DNA of 64,000 nt from Verrucomicrobiota bacterium (GCA_046346665.1 JAXMHQ010000027.1:2299-66298); one strand, 5' to 3'. Positions 45,435 through 57,119 are shown, counted from the stretch's first letter. Translations and numbers: made by a program. The notes: generated by a model from the letters alone, not told the origin.

Positions 45435-47066
45435 ATGACTAACACTAACTGGACCATCAAACGCCGCATCATCACCGGTTTCGCCGCCCTGCTTCTGCTG
45501 GTCTGCGTCATCGGAGCCTGTTCGTTCGTCCTGTTCGGACGCATGAAAGTCCAGACCCACACGCTCGACTCCGACGCGCTGCCGGGACTGCAGGCCGCTT
45601 CTGAAATCAACAACTCGGCGTCGGACGTCGAAATAGCCTCGCTTCACGCGCTGCTATCCAAAACCCCGGAGGAACAGGCCCGTTACGAATCCGTCATCCA
45701 GTCACTCCGGGACAAGACCCTCCAGGCCATGGATGTCTATGACAAATCCATCAGCCATGCGGACGATCGCGCCCTGTTCGAGCAAATGAAGCAGGCCCGT
45801 GACAATTATGTCGCTGCGCGCATCAAACTTTTTGAACTTGTCCACGCGGGAAAAACCGAGGATGCCCTCGCCTTCAGCCGTGCGACCGTCACGCCCGCGT
45901 ACAATGCCTATAGCGACCTGATCGACAAAATCCTGGGGTACAATCTGCAAAACGCGAACGTCGCGACCGACAGATGCGCCGCCGCCGTGGTCCAGGCGGG
46001 ATGGATCACCAACGGCCTCGTGCTGGCCGTGCTCGTGTTGGGCATCGTCCTCGCGTGGATGATTGTCAGCGGTCTAAACCGCGCCCTGTCCAGCCTGGCC
46101 TCCACCCTTAACGAAGGCGCCGTCCAGGTTTCCTCCGCCGCGACCCAGGTCTCCTCTTCCAGCCAGTCCCTCGCCGAGGGCTCGAGCGAACAGGCCGCCT
46201 CCATCGAGGAAACCAGCGCGTCCCTCGAGGAACTCGCCAGCATGACCCGCCGCAATGCGGAGAATGCCCAAAAAGCCAACGACCTCGCCAAGGCCGCCCG
46301 CCAGGCCGCCGATCGAGGGGTCGAAAACATGCAGTCCATGACCAGCGCCGTCGATGCCATCAAACATTCGAGCGATGACATCGCCAAAATTATCAAAACC
46401 ATCGACGAAATCGCTTTCCAGACGAATATTCTCGCTCTGAACGCCGCGGTCGAAGCCGCCCGCGCCGGCGAAGCCGGCATGGGTTTCGCCGTTGTCGCCG
46501 ACGAGGTCCGCAATCTCGCCCAGCGCTCCGCCCAGGCCGCCAAGGAAACCGCCGGCAAAATCGAGGGCGCCATCCATAACACCACCCAGGGCGTCGAACT
46601 CAGCGCCAAAGTCGCCGAAGTCCTCGGCGATATCGCCTCCAAAGCCCGCCAGGTCGACGACCTCGCCGCCGAGGTCGCCAACGCCTCCCGCGAACAGACC
46701 CAGGGAATCACGCAGATCAACACCGCCATCAGCGAAATGGACAAGGTCACCCAGCGCAACGCCGCGAACGCCGAGGAAAGCGCCGCCGCCGCGCAGGAAC
46801 TCAACGCCCAGTCCATGACCATGAAGGATTCCGTCGCGAAGCTGGCGCATCTCGTCAACGGCGGAACCGCCGCGGGCCAGGTCGGGTCGGCGCGAGCCTC
46901 CACAAAACCCGCCCCGCGCACAACCTCTGCCCAGCATCGCAACACCCCGGCCCCCGCACGGTCCGGCCAGGCCGCCCCCGCCCCGCAACCCGCCAGGCAC
47001 CCCGCACCCGGCGCGGCGGATAAGCGCAACCAAATCCCGCTCGAAGACGCTTTTAAAGACTTCTGA
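45435..47066 (+). CDS. Methyl-accepting chemotaxis protein (four-helix-bundle sensor, HAMP, MA domain) ending in a pentapeptide-like AFKDF
   Basis: It has two TM segments and the highly conserved signalling hairpin [35 protein letters not shown]. Confidence 0.9.
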   Translation: MTNTNWTIKRRIITGFAALLLLVCVIGACSFVLFGRMKVQTHTLDSDALPGLQAASEINNSASDVEIASLHALLSKTPEEQARYESVIQSLRDKTLQAMDVYDKSISHADDRALFEQMKQARDNYVAARIKLFELVHAGKTEDALAFSRATVTPAYNAYSDLIDKILGYNLQNANVATDRCAAAVVQAGWITNGLVLAVLVLGIVLAWMIVSGLNRALSSLASTLNEGAVQVSSAATQVSSSSQSLAEGSSEQAASIEETSASLEELASMTRRNAENAQKANDLAKAARQAADRGVENMQSMTSAVDAIKHSSDDIAKIIKTIDEIAFQTNILALNAAVEAARAGEAGMGFAVVADEVRNLAQRSAQAAKETAGKIEGAIHNTTQGVELSAKVAEVLGDIASKARQVDDLAAEVANASREQTQGITQINTAISEMDKVTQRNAANAEESAAAAQELNAQSMTMKDSVAKLAHLVNGGTAAGQVGSARASTKPAPRTTSAQHRNTPAPARSGQAAPAPQPARHPAPGAADKRNQIPLEDAFKDF

Positions 47067-47078
47067 GCGCTCCGCGCC

Positions 47079-49163
47079 GTGAAGATACAGACCAAAATCA
47101 CCCTCGCCAGCGTCGGCCCCCTCCTGGTCGCGCTGGCCGCCGTACTCGTCACCTTCCTTATCCAACAACGCCAGCTCACCCGGCAGGTCGACGTCACCAT
47201 CCGCGACCAGGGCTTCAGCGAAGCCTCCAAGCTCGCCCAGAGCGTCTACTGGCTTTGCGCCAGCACCGAGGAACGCAACCAAAGCCGCCTCACCCACGAC
47301 CTCGCCGTCGCCCGACAGTTGATGCAACAAAAAGGACGGCTCGAGTTTGCCCCCGATACCGTTCATTGGGACGCCGTCAACCAGCTCACCAAGGAACGCC
47401 TCGCCGCCAACCTGCCCAAAGTCATGCTGGGCTCAAACTGGCTCGGCCAGGTCACCTCCACCAACGAATCCGCAGGTCTCGTCGACGAAGCCAAGCTGTT
47501 CACGCGCGATTTCTGCACCGTCTTCCAGCGAATGAACGACGCGGGCGACATGCTGCGCGTCAGCACCAGCGTCGTGAAGGATGATGGTTCCCGCGCCATC
47601 GGCACTTACATCCCCGCCGTGCGGCCCGACGGATCCAAAAACCCCATCATCGAGACGGTGCTCCGCGGCGACACCTACCGCGGCAGGGCGTTCGTCGTCA
47701 ATCAATGGCATTGCGCGGGTTACGAACCTCTCTGGGACGCCGCCCACCAGCGCGTCATCGGCATGCTTTACGTCGGCATCGGCCTCCGCGAAATGAACAA
47801 GGAACTTCTCACCGGCCTCGTTCAAATGAAAGTCGGCAAGACCGGCTATGTCTTCATCCTCGGTGGCGACGGCGATGAACGCGGCAAATACATCCTCTCC
47901 CGCGGCCAGGAACGCGACGGCGAAAATATCTGGGAAAGCAAGGACGCCTCCGGCCGGCTCTTCGTCCAATCCATCATCCAGAAAGGCATGAAAGCGAAAA
48001 ATGGCGCGGTGGATTTCGAAGTTTATTCCTGGAAAAATCCCGGTGAATCCGCGGCGCGACCCAAATTCGCCGCCGTCACCTCGTTCGGCCCCTGGAACTG
48101 GGTCATCGGCGCCTGCGCGTACGAGGACGATTACGCCCAGATGCGCACCCACATCGAAAAGGTCCAGCGCACCATCCTCATCGGCATCCTCACCGTCGCC
48201 ATCGCCATCGCCCTGCTCGCCGCCTTCTCCGGCGCCGCCATCGCCCGCACCATCGCCCGCCCCATCAATCACGTCATCCGAAGCCTCAGCGAAAGCGCCC
48301 GGCAGATCTCCGACGCCGCAAGCCAGGTCTCCGGCGCCAGCCAGACGCTTGCGGAAGGTTCCAGCGAGCAGGCCGCCTCCACCGAGGAAACCAGCGCGTC
48401 CCTGGAGGAAATGTCCTCCATGACCCGCCGCAATTCGGAAAATGTCCAAAAAGCCAACGAGCTCGCCCGCGAAACCCGTCAGGCCGCGGAAAAAGGCGTC
48501 AGCGACATGACCGCCATGAACACGGCCATGGACGCGCTCAAGAATTCCAGCGGCGACATCGCCAAAATCATCAAGACGATCGACGAAATCGCCTTCCAGA
48601 CAAACATCCTTGCCTTGAACGCCGCCGTCGAAGCCGCCCGCGCCGGTGAAGCCGGCATGGGCTTCGCCGTTGTCGCCGACGAAGTCCGCAGCCTCGCCCA
48701 GCGCAGCGCGCAGGCCGCCAAGGAAACCGCCGCCAAAATCGAAAGCGCCATCACCAACACCGCCCAGGGCGTCAGCCTCAGCGCCAAAGTCGCCAGCGCG
48801 CTCTCCGATATCGCCACCCGCGCCCGACAGGTCGACGAACTTGCCGTCGAGGTCGCCCACGCTTCACGCGAACAAAACCAGGGAATCCAGCAGGTCAACG
48901 GCGCCGTGGCCGAGATGGAGAAATCCATCCAAAGCAACGCCGCCAGCGCCGAGGAAAGCGCCGCCGCCGCCCAGGAACTCAGCGCCCAGGCCCAGATCAT
49001 GAAACAACTGGTCGGCTCGCTCGTCAGCCTCGTCGGCGATTCCGATCCCGCCCCGGCCGCCGCGCCCGGCACTCCCGCCGGTCCGCACACCGGCCGCCGC
49101 GACACTTTCACCGCGCCCGCGCCAACCCGAATCGCCGGGCACCCGGTTCACAATGTCTCATGA
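47079..49163 (+). CDS. Methyl-accepting chemotaxis protein with a large periplasmic Cache-type sensor
   Basis: 694 aa with a periplasmic region of about 330 aa (for example [19 protein letters not shown]), followed by HAMP and the MA domain. Confidence 0.85.
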   Translation: MKIQTKITLASVGPLLVALAAVLVTFLIQQRQLTRQVDVTIRDQGFSEASKLAQSVYWLCASTEERNQSRLTHDLAVARQLMQQKGRLEFAPDTVHWDAVNQLTKERLAANLPKVMLGSNWLGQVTSTNESAGLVDEAKLFTRDFCTVFQRMNDAGDMLRVSTSVVKDDGSRAIGTYIPAVRPDGSKNPIIETVLRGDTYRGRAFVVNQWHCAGYEPLWDAAHQRVIGMLYVGIGLREMNKELLTGLVQMKVGKTGYVFILGGDGDERGKYILSRGQERDGENIWESKDASGRLFVQSIIQKGMKAKNGAVDFEVYSWKNPGESAARPKFAAVTSFGPWNWVIGACAYEDDYAQMRTHIEKVQRTILIGILTVAIAIALLAAFSGAAIARTIARPINHVIRSLSESARQISDAASQVSGASQTLAEGSSEQAASTEETSASLEEMSSMTRRNSENVQKANELARETRQAAEKGVSDMTAMNTAMDALKNSSGDIAKIIKTIDEIAFQTNILALNAAVEAARAGEAGMGFAVVADEVRSLAQRSAQAAKETAAKIESAITNTAQGVSLSAKVASALSDIATRARQVDELAVEVAHASREQNQGIQQVNGAVAEMEKSIQSNAASAEESAAAAQELSAQAQIMKQLVGSLVSLVGDSDPAPAAAPGTPAGPHTGRRDTFTAPAPTRIAGHPVHNVS

Positions 49164-49400
49164 AATGACCCCGGCAACCCACGTCCATGCAACCCATAGG
49201 GCAGTTAGGTTGGGCAATCAGGCGCGCATCGAAAACGTTGCGGTTCGCCCCGGCCGCCCTGTCACCGGCGGGATGCCTCGCCGCCACAGCCCGGGAAACC
49301 GCTGACCCCGCCGCGCCCGCAGGGTTCTTCGCAGTCCAATTTCCGGCGCAAACAACCCCCATCCAGGCCGAGTGCATTTCGGGCCTGAGCTCATTGAACT

Positions 49401-50960
49401 ATGAAACTCCAGCATAAAATCACTCTCGTCCTCCTGGCGGGGCTGCTGCTGGTCTACATCGGCTCCGGCTGGTTCCAGCGGCATCAAAGCCTGCAGACCA
49501 TCGAGCGATTCTCCAAAAGCCGGCAGGCCGGCGAAGCCGATCCGCCAGTGGGAATGGGTGGGCCGGTTGCAACACGCCATCTTCGCGCCGCTCGCCGACG
49601 CCATGAGCGCCGGTGAGATGGATAAGTTCGAAAAAATCATCGCCTCCCAGCGCGCGGTTCCCGGGCTCCAGGACCTCAACCTCTACAGCCCGAAAGGCCG
49701 GGCCGCCTACGCCTGCAATCCGGCCTCGCTGAAATCCGAACTGCCCCCCGATCTCCGGGAAACCCTGCTCGGGGCCGGCCGCGACGTCACCCGCCGCACC
49801 GATTCCTTCGAAATGTAAGCCGCTCCGCGCCGAGAAGGCGTGCCTCGAATGCCACAACGAATGGAAACAGGACCAGGTGTGCGGTGTCATGAGCGATGCG
49901 GCTTCCGCCGATGCCCTCAAGGCCGCCGAACAATCCTGGATCGGATTTGAAAACGATTTCGCGAAATCCAGCACCCTCACCGCCATCCTCACCGCCGCCG
50001 TCCTCGTCATCGCCCTCGCCTTGCTCGTCGCCGCCACCGTCCATTACCAGGTCGCCGCACCCTGAACCGGCTCGCCCGCCAGTTGCTCGACCAGGCGCGC
50101 CGCGTCCGTCTCGCCTTCCCGCCGCATGGCCGAAGCCAGCCACCAGCTCTCCGAAGGCGCCAGCACCCAGGCCGCCTCCCTTGAGGAAAGCAGCGCCTCG
50201 CTCCAGGAACTCACTTCCATGACCGAATCAAACGCCAGCAACGCCGGCAAATCACCGTGCTCGCGCGCCAAACCCGCGATGCCGCAGAAAAGGGCGCCCG
50301 CCACATGTCGGAACTCGAGGCCGCCATCCGCGAAATCACCGCCGCCAGCGGCGACACGGCCAAGATCATCAAGACCATCGACGAAATCGCTTTCCAAACC
50401 AACATCCTCGCCCTGAACGCCGCCGTCGAAGCCGCCCGCGCCGGCGAAGCCGGCATGGGCTTCGCCGTCGTTGCCGACGAGGTCCGCAGCCTCGCCCAGC
50501 GCTCCGCCCAGGCCGCCCGCGAAACCGCCGAGCGCATCGAAGGCTCCCTCAAACGCACCACCAAAGGCGCCGAACTCAGCGCCCGCGTCTCCGGAAGCCC
50601 TCAACGAAATCCTCCGCCACGCCCGCAGCGTCAACGAAATCGACGCCGACGTCGCCACCGCCTCCCAGCAGCAAAGCCAGGGCATCAACCAGATCAATAC
50701 CGCCATCAGCCAGCTCGACAAAATCACCCAGAACAACGCCGCCAGCTCACAGCTCAGCGCCGCGGCCTCCACACAACTCGACTCCGACGCCCAGGCCATG
50801 CAGGAACTCGTCTCCAGCCTGCTTAACCTCGTCGGCAACGACGCCGATGTCGCCAGCCCGGATCTATTCTCCCCGAACCCGGACTGGAACCGCCCCCGCC
50901 GGCCGGCCGGCCCACACCCCAACCCGGTCCGAACAACACTTCGAGTCGCCATTGAGCAAA
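49401..50960 (+). pseudogene. Decayed methyl-accepting chemotaxis protein with a CxxCH (heme c) sensor motif
   Basis: Homologous MCP segments are spread over all three frames, with switches near 49540, 49815, 50060, 50115, 50240 and 50590. The sensor carries KACLECHN. The C-terminal tail has been lost. Confidence 0.8.
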
Positions 50961-51146
50961 TAACGTACATACCGCGCATTTCCCGGACGTTTTTTTCTCA
51001 ATTATGCGCGAGTTTGCCCGATGTCAGAAGCGCATGGACGCGTTTTCACCTTCATGCGGAACCATCGGGTCTCTATCGGAATAAACACAGAGAAACGCTG
51101 CTGTCTCTACGTGCATGCGTGCATCAGTCGGGTAAAAGGGATTGAT

Positions 51147-52655
51147 ATGATGAAATCAAATCAGCTGACGGCACGTTCCTCCTCGCTTCAAGCCACGCTG
51201 CTTGTCTCCGTTCTCGCAGGAATGTCTACGATTCAAACCTTCGCAGAGGACGCCCCGCGGCGGCGCAACCCGCCCCGGCCGCCACCATCGCTCAAGCGCC
51301 CGCAACTCCTGCCGCCGCGCCGGACGCCCAGGTGATGGAAGATCTCAAGAAACAAATCCAGGCTCTTGACCAGAAACTGCAAACCCTGGATCAGCAACGG
51401 CAGGCGGATCAAAAATCGGCCGCCGCGAAGGAAGCCGACGCTGCCAAGGCGGCCAAGAGCACGCCGAAATTCAGTTTCGGCGCCAGCGGATTCAGCTTCT
51501 CAAGCCCCGATACCAATTTCGTTTTCGCCTTTCACGGCTTGCTCCAGGTCGACAGCCGCTCCTTCGCCGGGCCTGAAGCCGATACGGTCCAGGGTCTCGA
51601 TGGATTCATCCTTCGCCGCGCACGGCCCATCTTCTCCGCGACCGTGTTCCGCGATTTCGATTTCATGCTGGTCCCTGATTTCGGCGGCTCGACCATCCAG
51701 ATCATGGATGCCTACATCAACTATCGTCTCCAACCCGCTCTCCAGCTCGAAATGGGCCGGTTCAAATCCCCGTCGGCCTCGAAGCGCTCCAATCGGATCC
51801 CGCCACTCTTTTCAACGAGCGCTCCCTGGTCACCGACCTGGTGCCCAATCGCGATGTCGGCGTCGCTCTCCACGGCGATGTCGGCAGCGGCGTCGCCTCC
51901 TACTGGGCCGGCCTGTTCAACGGCGCCCCCGATTACTCCAACACCGCCGGCAACTCCGATTACGACAACGACAAGGCCTTCGCCGGACGCATCTTCTTCA
52001 TGCCCTTCAAAAAATCCGACATGGATTTCCTTAAAGGTTTCGGCTTCGGCTGTGGCGCCTCCTACGAAGTTGACGCCGCCTGGACCAACACCACTTCCAC
52101 AGGCCTGACCAGCGGTTACACCACCGACGGCCAGCAGAAATTCTTCACCTACACCAACAACGTCGTCGGCAACGGCACCCACTGGCGCGTCTCGCCCCAG
52201 GGCTATTATTACTGGGGCCCCTCGGCCTCATGGGCGAATACGCCATCTCCGACCAGGAAGTTGTCCGGGTCATCCCCGTCCGCCAATCGGCCAACCTTCA
52301 ACATCATGCCTGGGAAATCTCCGGCTCCGTCGTCCTCACCGGTGAAGCCGCCTCCTACACCGGCGTCACTCCCAAGCACAACTTCGACCCCCTCAAAGGC
52401 CAGTGGGGCGCCGTCCAGGCCGTCGCCCGTTATGCCGAACTTCACATCGACCCGGATGCCTTCCCCTACTTCGCCAACCCCGGCGCCTCCGCTTCCCAGG
52501 CCCAGTCCTGGGCCGTCGGATTCAACTGGTATTTGAACCGCGACATTCGGGTCAACGCCAGCTTCTCCCACACCCGCTTCGACGGCGGCACCACCGGCGT
52601 TGTCACCCGCCAGCCCGAGCAGGTCTTCTTCACACGCATGCAACTGGCGTTTTAA
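51147..52655 (+). pseudogene. Phosphate-selective porin O/P-family outer-membrane porin with three frameshifts
   Basis: A signal peptide and coiled-coil N-terminus are followed by a Porin_O_P-like barrel ending in RMQLAF. Frame changes occur at C-runs near 51252-51255, about 51768 and about 52215; adding one C at each restores a continuous protein. Confidence 0.75.
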
Positions 52656-52677
52656 TCAGCACAACACCTTTAATCCA

Positions 52678-53235
52678 ATGAAACAAATGAAACTCCTCCT
52701 CGCCCTCTCCCTGGCTGCCGCCGGCTTTCTGTCCATCGCCCGGGCCGCTGACGAACTCGATCCCGCTCTCCAGGCGAAAGTGGACGCCCAGATCAAACAA
52801 ATCCAGGCGCTCGCAGCCGACCCCGTCATCGTGGACGCCGTTAAGGCGCAGAATGCGTCCCTGCCGGCCGAGGACGCCGCCATGACCCAGGAGAAATGGA
52901 AATCGCTGACGATCATGGATCCGTTTGTGCGTTCGTTCACCAAGAACCCGGCCGGCCAGTTTCTCAAGAGTCGGAAAACCGACGCGATCTCGGAGGCATT
53001 CCTTTCGGATGCCGCCGGCTGCAAGGTGGCGTTCCTGAGCAAGCCGACAAGTTGGTGCCACAAAGGCAAACCGAAACACGACGTGCCCATGTCCGGTAAA
53101 ACCTGGCAGGGCCCGGTGGAGCTCGACGAATCGTCCGGCACGCAACAGGTCCAGGTGTCGGTGCCGGTGCTGGACGGCGACAAGCCGATCGGCTCGCTCG
53201 TGGTGGGTTTGAGCCTGGGCAAATTGAAGAATTAA
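52678..53235 (+). CDS. Secreted periplasmic Cache/PDC-like sensor-domain protein (stand-alone)
   Basis: Signal peptide MKQMKLLLALSLAAAGFLSIARA. The body resembles single Cache/PDC domains (AFLSDAAG..., DESSGTQQVQVSVPVLDGDKPIGSLVVGLSL). Recognition is of moderate certainty. Confidence 0.6.
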   Translation: MKQMKLLLALSLAAAGFLSIARAADELDPALQAKVDAQIKQIQALAADPVIVDAVKAQNASLPAEDAAMTQEKWKSLTIMDPFVRSFTKNPAGQFLKSRKTDAISEAFLSDAAGCKVAFLSKPTSWCHKGKPKHDVPMSGKTWQGPVELDESSGTQQVQVSVPVLDGDKPIGSLVVGLSLGKLKN

Positions 53236-53295
53236 TGAGCCGGGGCCGGGGCTCCCCGTGGAGCCGGGCGAAGCCCCCAACCGCTGACACTGTTT

Positions 53296-55260
53296 ATGTC
53301 CATACGAACGGGTTCCAGCATCCCCCGCCAACTGCTGCTTCTCCTGGGGCTCGCGGCCGCGGTCACCCTCGCCGCCGCCGCCCTGTATTACACGACCTCC
53401 AGCCGCGCGTTCAAAGACACAGCCGCCATCACGCAATCCGCGGTCGAAAAACTCGACCGGGCGTATCAACTCCTGGAACGCGTTTCAGGCGACCTCGGCG
53501 ATCTGCAGCAATTGCTGCGGCAAAAGGACCCCGACCAGATTGAAAAAAATCTGGCGGACCTCGAAAAGAGCCGCAAGGAAGCCGCCCGGCTCGTCGAGGC
53601 CACCGGCCCGGGGGGCGCGGCGGTCAAATCCAAATTCGAAATCCTGGTTCAAATGGAGAAGGCCGTCACGGATGAATTCCTGCAGGGGAACGCCGGGCTG
53701 GCCTACGAGAAATACCTGCAAACCGCCGCCCCGCAGGGCAATGCCGTCATCGAAGAAGTGCAACGCTACCACGACGGCATCGAAAAGGCCACGCACGCCG
53801 AGGTGGCCGCCCAACAGGCCGCCATGATCAGCCAGTTGCGCTGGCGCTCCCTCACGCTCGCGGTCGTGCTGGCCTTCGTCCTCGCCGGCGGCTGGCGCCT
53901 CAAAAACCGCATCACCCGCAGCTTGCTCGACATCGCGTCGGGCCTGGCCGATGTGAGCGACAACTCCACTCGCGCCGCTGAACAGGTTTCCCAAGGCAGC
54001 CAGTCACTGGCCGAAGGCGCCAGCGAACAGGCCGCCTCGCTCGAGGAAACCAGCGCATCCCTTGAGGAACTCGCCAGCATGACCCGCCGCAATGCCGAAA
54101 ACGCTCAGCGCGCCAACGAGCTGTCGCGCGAAGCCCGCGGGGCGGCCGACAAAGGAGCCGTCGATATGCAATCCATGTCCGCCGCCATGGAAACCATCAA
54201 ACGCTCCAGCGACGACATCGCCAAAATCATCAAAACCATCGACGAAATCGCCTTTCAAACCAACATCCTCGCCCTCAACGCCGCCGTTGAAGCCGCCCGC
54301 GCCGGCGAAGCCGGCATGGGCTTCGCCGTCGTCGCCGACGAGGTCCGCAGCCTCGCCCAGCGCTCCGCCCAGGCCGCCCGCGAAACCGCCGCCAAAATCG
54401 AAGGCGCCATCGCCAACACCGCCCAGGGCGTCGAAATCAGCTCCAAAGTCGCCAACGCCCTCAACGATATCGTCGCCAAAGCGCGCCAGGTCGACGAGCT
54501 CGCCGCCGAAGTCGCCAACGCTTCCCGCGAACAAACCCAGGGCATCGGCCAGATCAATACCGCCGTGGGAGAAATGGACAAGGTCACGCAGCGCAACGCG
54601 GCGAATGCCGAGGAAAGCGCCGCCGCCGCCCAGGAACTCAACGGACAAGCCCGCATCATGCGGGATTCCGTCAATGCCCTGCTCCAGCTCGTCGGCGCCC
54701 GCGCCGGCGACCGCGCCATTCTCGCCGCCACCCACACCGAAGCCGCCTTCTCCCTGCCCGCCGCCGACACCGCCGCCCTCCCGGAGGCCCCGGCGCGCTC
54801 CGTTACACCCGCCGGCTCTCCGTCCGGCGACCTCGTCGTGTGGGACGAAGAGCGCATGACCACGGGTGTGGAAGCCGTCGACGACGAACACAAGGAGCTC
54901 ATCCGGATGATCAACGAGCTGCACCAGGCCTGCCGGGAAGGCCGCGGCAAGACCGAGGTCCAGCGCATGATGGGCTTCCTCGGACAATACGTCCAAACCC
55001 ACTTCAAACACGAGGAAGGCATCATGGAAAAAACCGGGTGCCCCGTGCGCGCCAAAAACAAACTGGCCCACGAAGCGTTCCTCAGAAATTTCCAGAAACT
55101 GGCCACCGAATTCGAAACCAAGGGCGAATCCACCGCCGTGCTCCTCGACCTGCGCAAAATGGTCGGAGACTGGCTCACAAACCACATCTGCTCCGTGGAC
55201 ACCAAACTGCGCCTGTGCCGGGAACATTGCGGCCCCCGGCATGAACAGCACAGCTTCTAG
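53296..55260 (+). CDS. Methyl-accepting chemotaxis protein with a C-terminal hemerythrin-like domain (DcrH-like architecture)
   Basis: An MA domain is followed by [15 protein letters not shown]...H...HFKHEE......H...H...DWL..HI...D, which is the hemerythrin metal-ligand pattern. Confidence 0.85.
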   Translation: MSIRTGSSIPRQLLLLLGLAAAVTLAAAALYYTTSSRAFKDTAAITQSAVEKLDRAYQLLERVSGDLGDLQQLLRQKDPDQIEKNLADLEKSRKEAARLVEATGPGGAAVKSKFEILVQMEKAVTDEFLQGNAGLAYEKYLQTAAPQGNAVIEEVQRYHDGIEKATHAEVAAQQAAMISQLRWRSLTLAVVLAFVLAGGWRLKNRITRSLLDIASGLADVSDNSTRAAEQVSQGSQSLAEGASEQAASLEETSASLEELASMTRRNAENAQRANELSREARGAADKGAVDMQSMSAAMETIKRSSDDIAKIIKTIDEIAFQTNILALNAAVEAARAGEAGMGFAVVADEVRSLAQRSAQAARETAAKIEGAIANTAQGVEISSKVANALNDIVAKARQVDELAAEVANASREQTQGIGQINTAVGEMDKVTQRNAANAEESAAAAQELNGQARIMRDSVNALLQLVGARAGDRAILAATHTEAAFSLPAADTAALPEAPARSVTPAGSPSGDLVVWDEERMTTGVEAVDDEHKELIRMINELHQACREGRGKTEVQRMMGFLGQYVQTHFKHEEGIMEKTGCPVRAKNKLAHEAFLRNFQKLATEFETKGESTAVLLDLRKMVGDWLTNHICSVDTKLRLCREHCGPRHEQHSF

Positions 55261-55276
55261 GTGACTTACTCCGCCT

Positions 55277-55303
55277 TAAAGTCGCACGAAGGACTTCCGA
55301 TAA
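55277..55303 (+). promoter_or_regulatory. Candidate sigma-28 (FliA) promoter upstream of the barrel/PBP/MCP operon
   Basis: TAAAGTCG-N11-TCCGATAA compared with TAAAGTTT-N11-GCCGATAA (6/8 and 7/8 matches, exact spacer). It lies 107 nt upstream of the ATG at 55410. Confidence 0.55.
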
Positions 55304-55409
55304 GATTGCGGGTGCCGACGGCGGGCCATTGCCCGATGTCGCGCGGGGATCCTCGCCTTCTTTCCGTCGCCCACCGAAAACAAACCAGTCGAGCATAACT
55401 CAGATCCAT

Positions 55410-56642
55410 ATGACGAGATCCTTCTGCATCCGTTGGGCACTACCGGCACTGGGCGCGGCGCTGCTGATGAGCGGAACGCAAACCCAGGCCTGGGAATTGA
55501 AAATGGGAACCAATATCCCCCCCGTCGATTTCCACGGCTTCGTCAGCCAGGGGCTGCTCTATTCCACCACCTACAATTACCTGGCCGACAACACCACGCG
55601 CGGGTCACTGGAGTTTTTCGATGCCGGGCTGAATTTTTCAATGAACCCGTTCCCCCGAACGCGCATCGCGGCGCAGGGTTTCATGTACGACGTCGGCAAC
55701 GTCGGCCAGTATGATCCGTTCCTGGATTATGCACTGCTGGAATACACCTTCGGCGATTACCTCGGCGCCCGCGGCGGCAAAGTGCGCCGGCCGAGCGGCA
55801 TCTACAATCAGATCCAGGATCTCGACGTCGCCTATCCGTGGGTGCTGCTGCCCCAGGGCATGTACGACGTGCGCTGGCGCGACTTCAGTTGCAGCCTGAA
55901 CGGTGGCGAGTTGTTCGGCGAAGTCCCGCTCAAAAAAGCCGGCAGCTTCAGCTACGAACCCTACGCCGGCATCATCAACATGAAGGACAACGGCGGCGTC
56001 GCCCGGTTCATCGAAAACGGACTCCCACCCGCCCCCATCGGGTCGCTCGACTCCATCGATTCCGCCACGATCTTCGGAACTCAATTCTGGTATAACACAC
56101 CGCTGGAAGGCCTCCGCGCCGGTGCGTCGTTCGGTTACATGGAAAATTTCGGATACACCACCACCATCGTGCCGCCCTACGGCCCGGGACAAATCCACTC
56201 CTCCGGCAATATCTTCTTCCAGCAGTATTCCCTCGAATACCTGTGGAGGGCCTGGACCTTCCAGGTGGAATATTACACCTACAATTTCACGGGACATAAC
56301 TACGTCGGCGGCGTCCAGGTCGGCGACACCGGCAACGTCCCCGAAACCTGGTACGTGGCGGTGGGTTATCGCTTCAACAAATACGTGGAAGCGGGCTCCT
56401 ATTACACCCAGTACTACGCCAACATGCACAACCGGGACGGGTCCGGCACCTCCACCCCGTCCGATTCGTTCCAGAACGACCTCGCCCTGGCCTGCGCATT
56501 GCACCCGACCGACTGGTCCATCTTCAAGGTCGAAGGACATATCCTGCACGGCACCGCGCTGCTCCAGGATGACGCCGCCAACCCCGTCCGCGGGTCCGGC
56601 GGATGGTTCATGCTCGCCGTTAAAGCCACCCTCTACTTCTAA
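55410..56642 (+). CDS. Outer-membrane beta-barrel (porin-like) protein of unknown family
   Basis: Signal peptide MTRSFCIRWALPALGAALLMSGTQTQA. The sequence has alternating aromatic/Gly-rich beta-strand character and a terminal ...ATLYF with C-terminal Phe. Confidence 0.65.
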   Translation: MTRSFCIRWALPALGAALLMSGTQTQAWELKMGTNIPPVDFHGFVSQGLLYSTTYNYLADNTTRGSLEFFDAGLNFSMNPFPRTRIAAQGFMYDVGNVGQYDPFLDYALLEYTFGDYLGARGGKVRRPSGIYNQIQDLDVAYPWVLLPQGMYDVRWRDFSCSLNGGELFGEVPLKKAGSFSYEPYAGIINMKDNGGVARFIENGLPPAPIGSLDSIDSATIFGTQFWYNTPLEGLRAGASFGYMENFGYTTTIVPPYGPGQIHSSGNIFFQQYSLEYLWRAWTFQVEYYTYNFTGHNYVGGVQVGDTGNVPETWYVAVGYRFNKYVEAGSYYTQYYANMHNRDGSGTSTPSDSFQNDLALACALHPTDWSIFKVEGHILHGTALLQDDAANPVRGSGGWFMLAVKATLYF

Positions 56643-56663
56643 CCGTCGCCGGAGAACACGACC

Positions 56664-57086
56664 ATGAAATCCACACTTCTCGCTCTCGCCACCGCCGCCG
56701 GCCTGCTGGCCGGCGCGCTCCCGGCCGCGGCCCTCGACGGCGCCGTCCTCATCGTCAACGAAGGCGTCCCCCTCACCAGCATCAGCCCCGCGGCACTCAA
56801 AGACATCTATACCGCCAAGACCACCTACTGGGAGGGCGGACAAAACATCGTTCTCGCGGTGCTCGAAGACAAAACCGATGCCGCGCTCCAGGAAGTCAGC
56901 GGCATGGACGCCGGCCAGTTCAAGACGTTCTGGCAACGCCTCGTCTTCTCCGGCCGCGGCAAACAGCCCAAGAAAGAGTCCGATCCCGCCGCGCTCGTCG
57001 CGCTCGTCGCATCGACCAAGGGCGCCATCGCCCTCGTGCCCGCGGACACCGAGCTGAAAGGCGTTAAGAAACTCGAAATCAAATAG
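56664..57086 (+). CDS. Small secreted PstS/PBP-like (phosphate-binding-protein-like half-domain) protein
   Basis: Signal peptide plus LIVNEGVPLTSISPAALKDIYTAKTTYWEGGQNIVL...WQRLVFSG...GAIALVP, which is typical of short PBP_like_2 proteins. Confidence 0.6.
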   Translation: MKSTLLALATAAGLLAGALPAAALDGAVLIVNEGVPLTSISPAALKDIYTAKTTYWEGGQNIVLAVLEDKTDAALQEVSGMDAGQFKTFWQRLVFSGRGKQPKKESDPAALVALVASTKGAIALVPADTELKGVKKLEIK

Positions 57087-57119
57087 AGCCACCGGCCCCC
57101 GGGCGAGCCGTACCGATTC

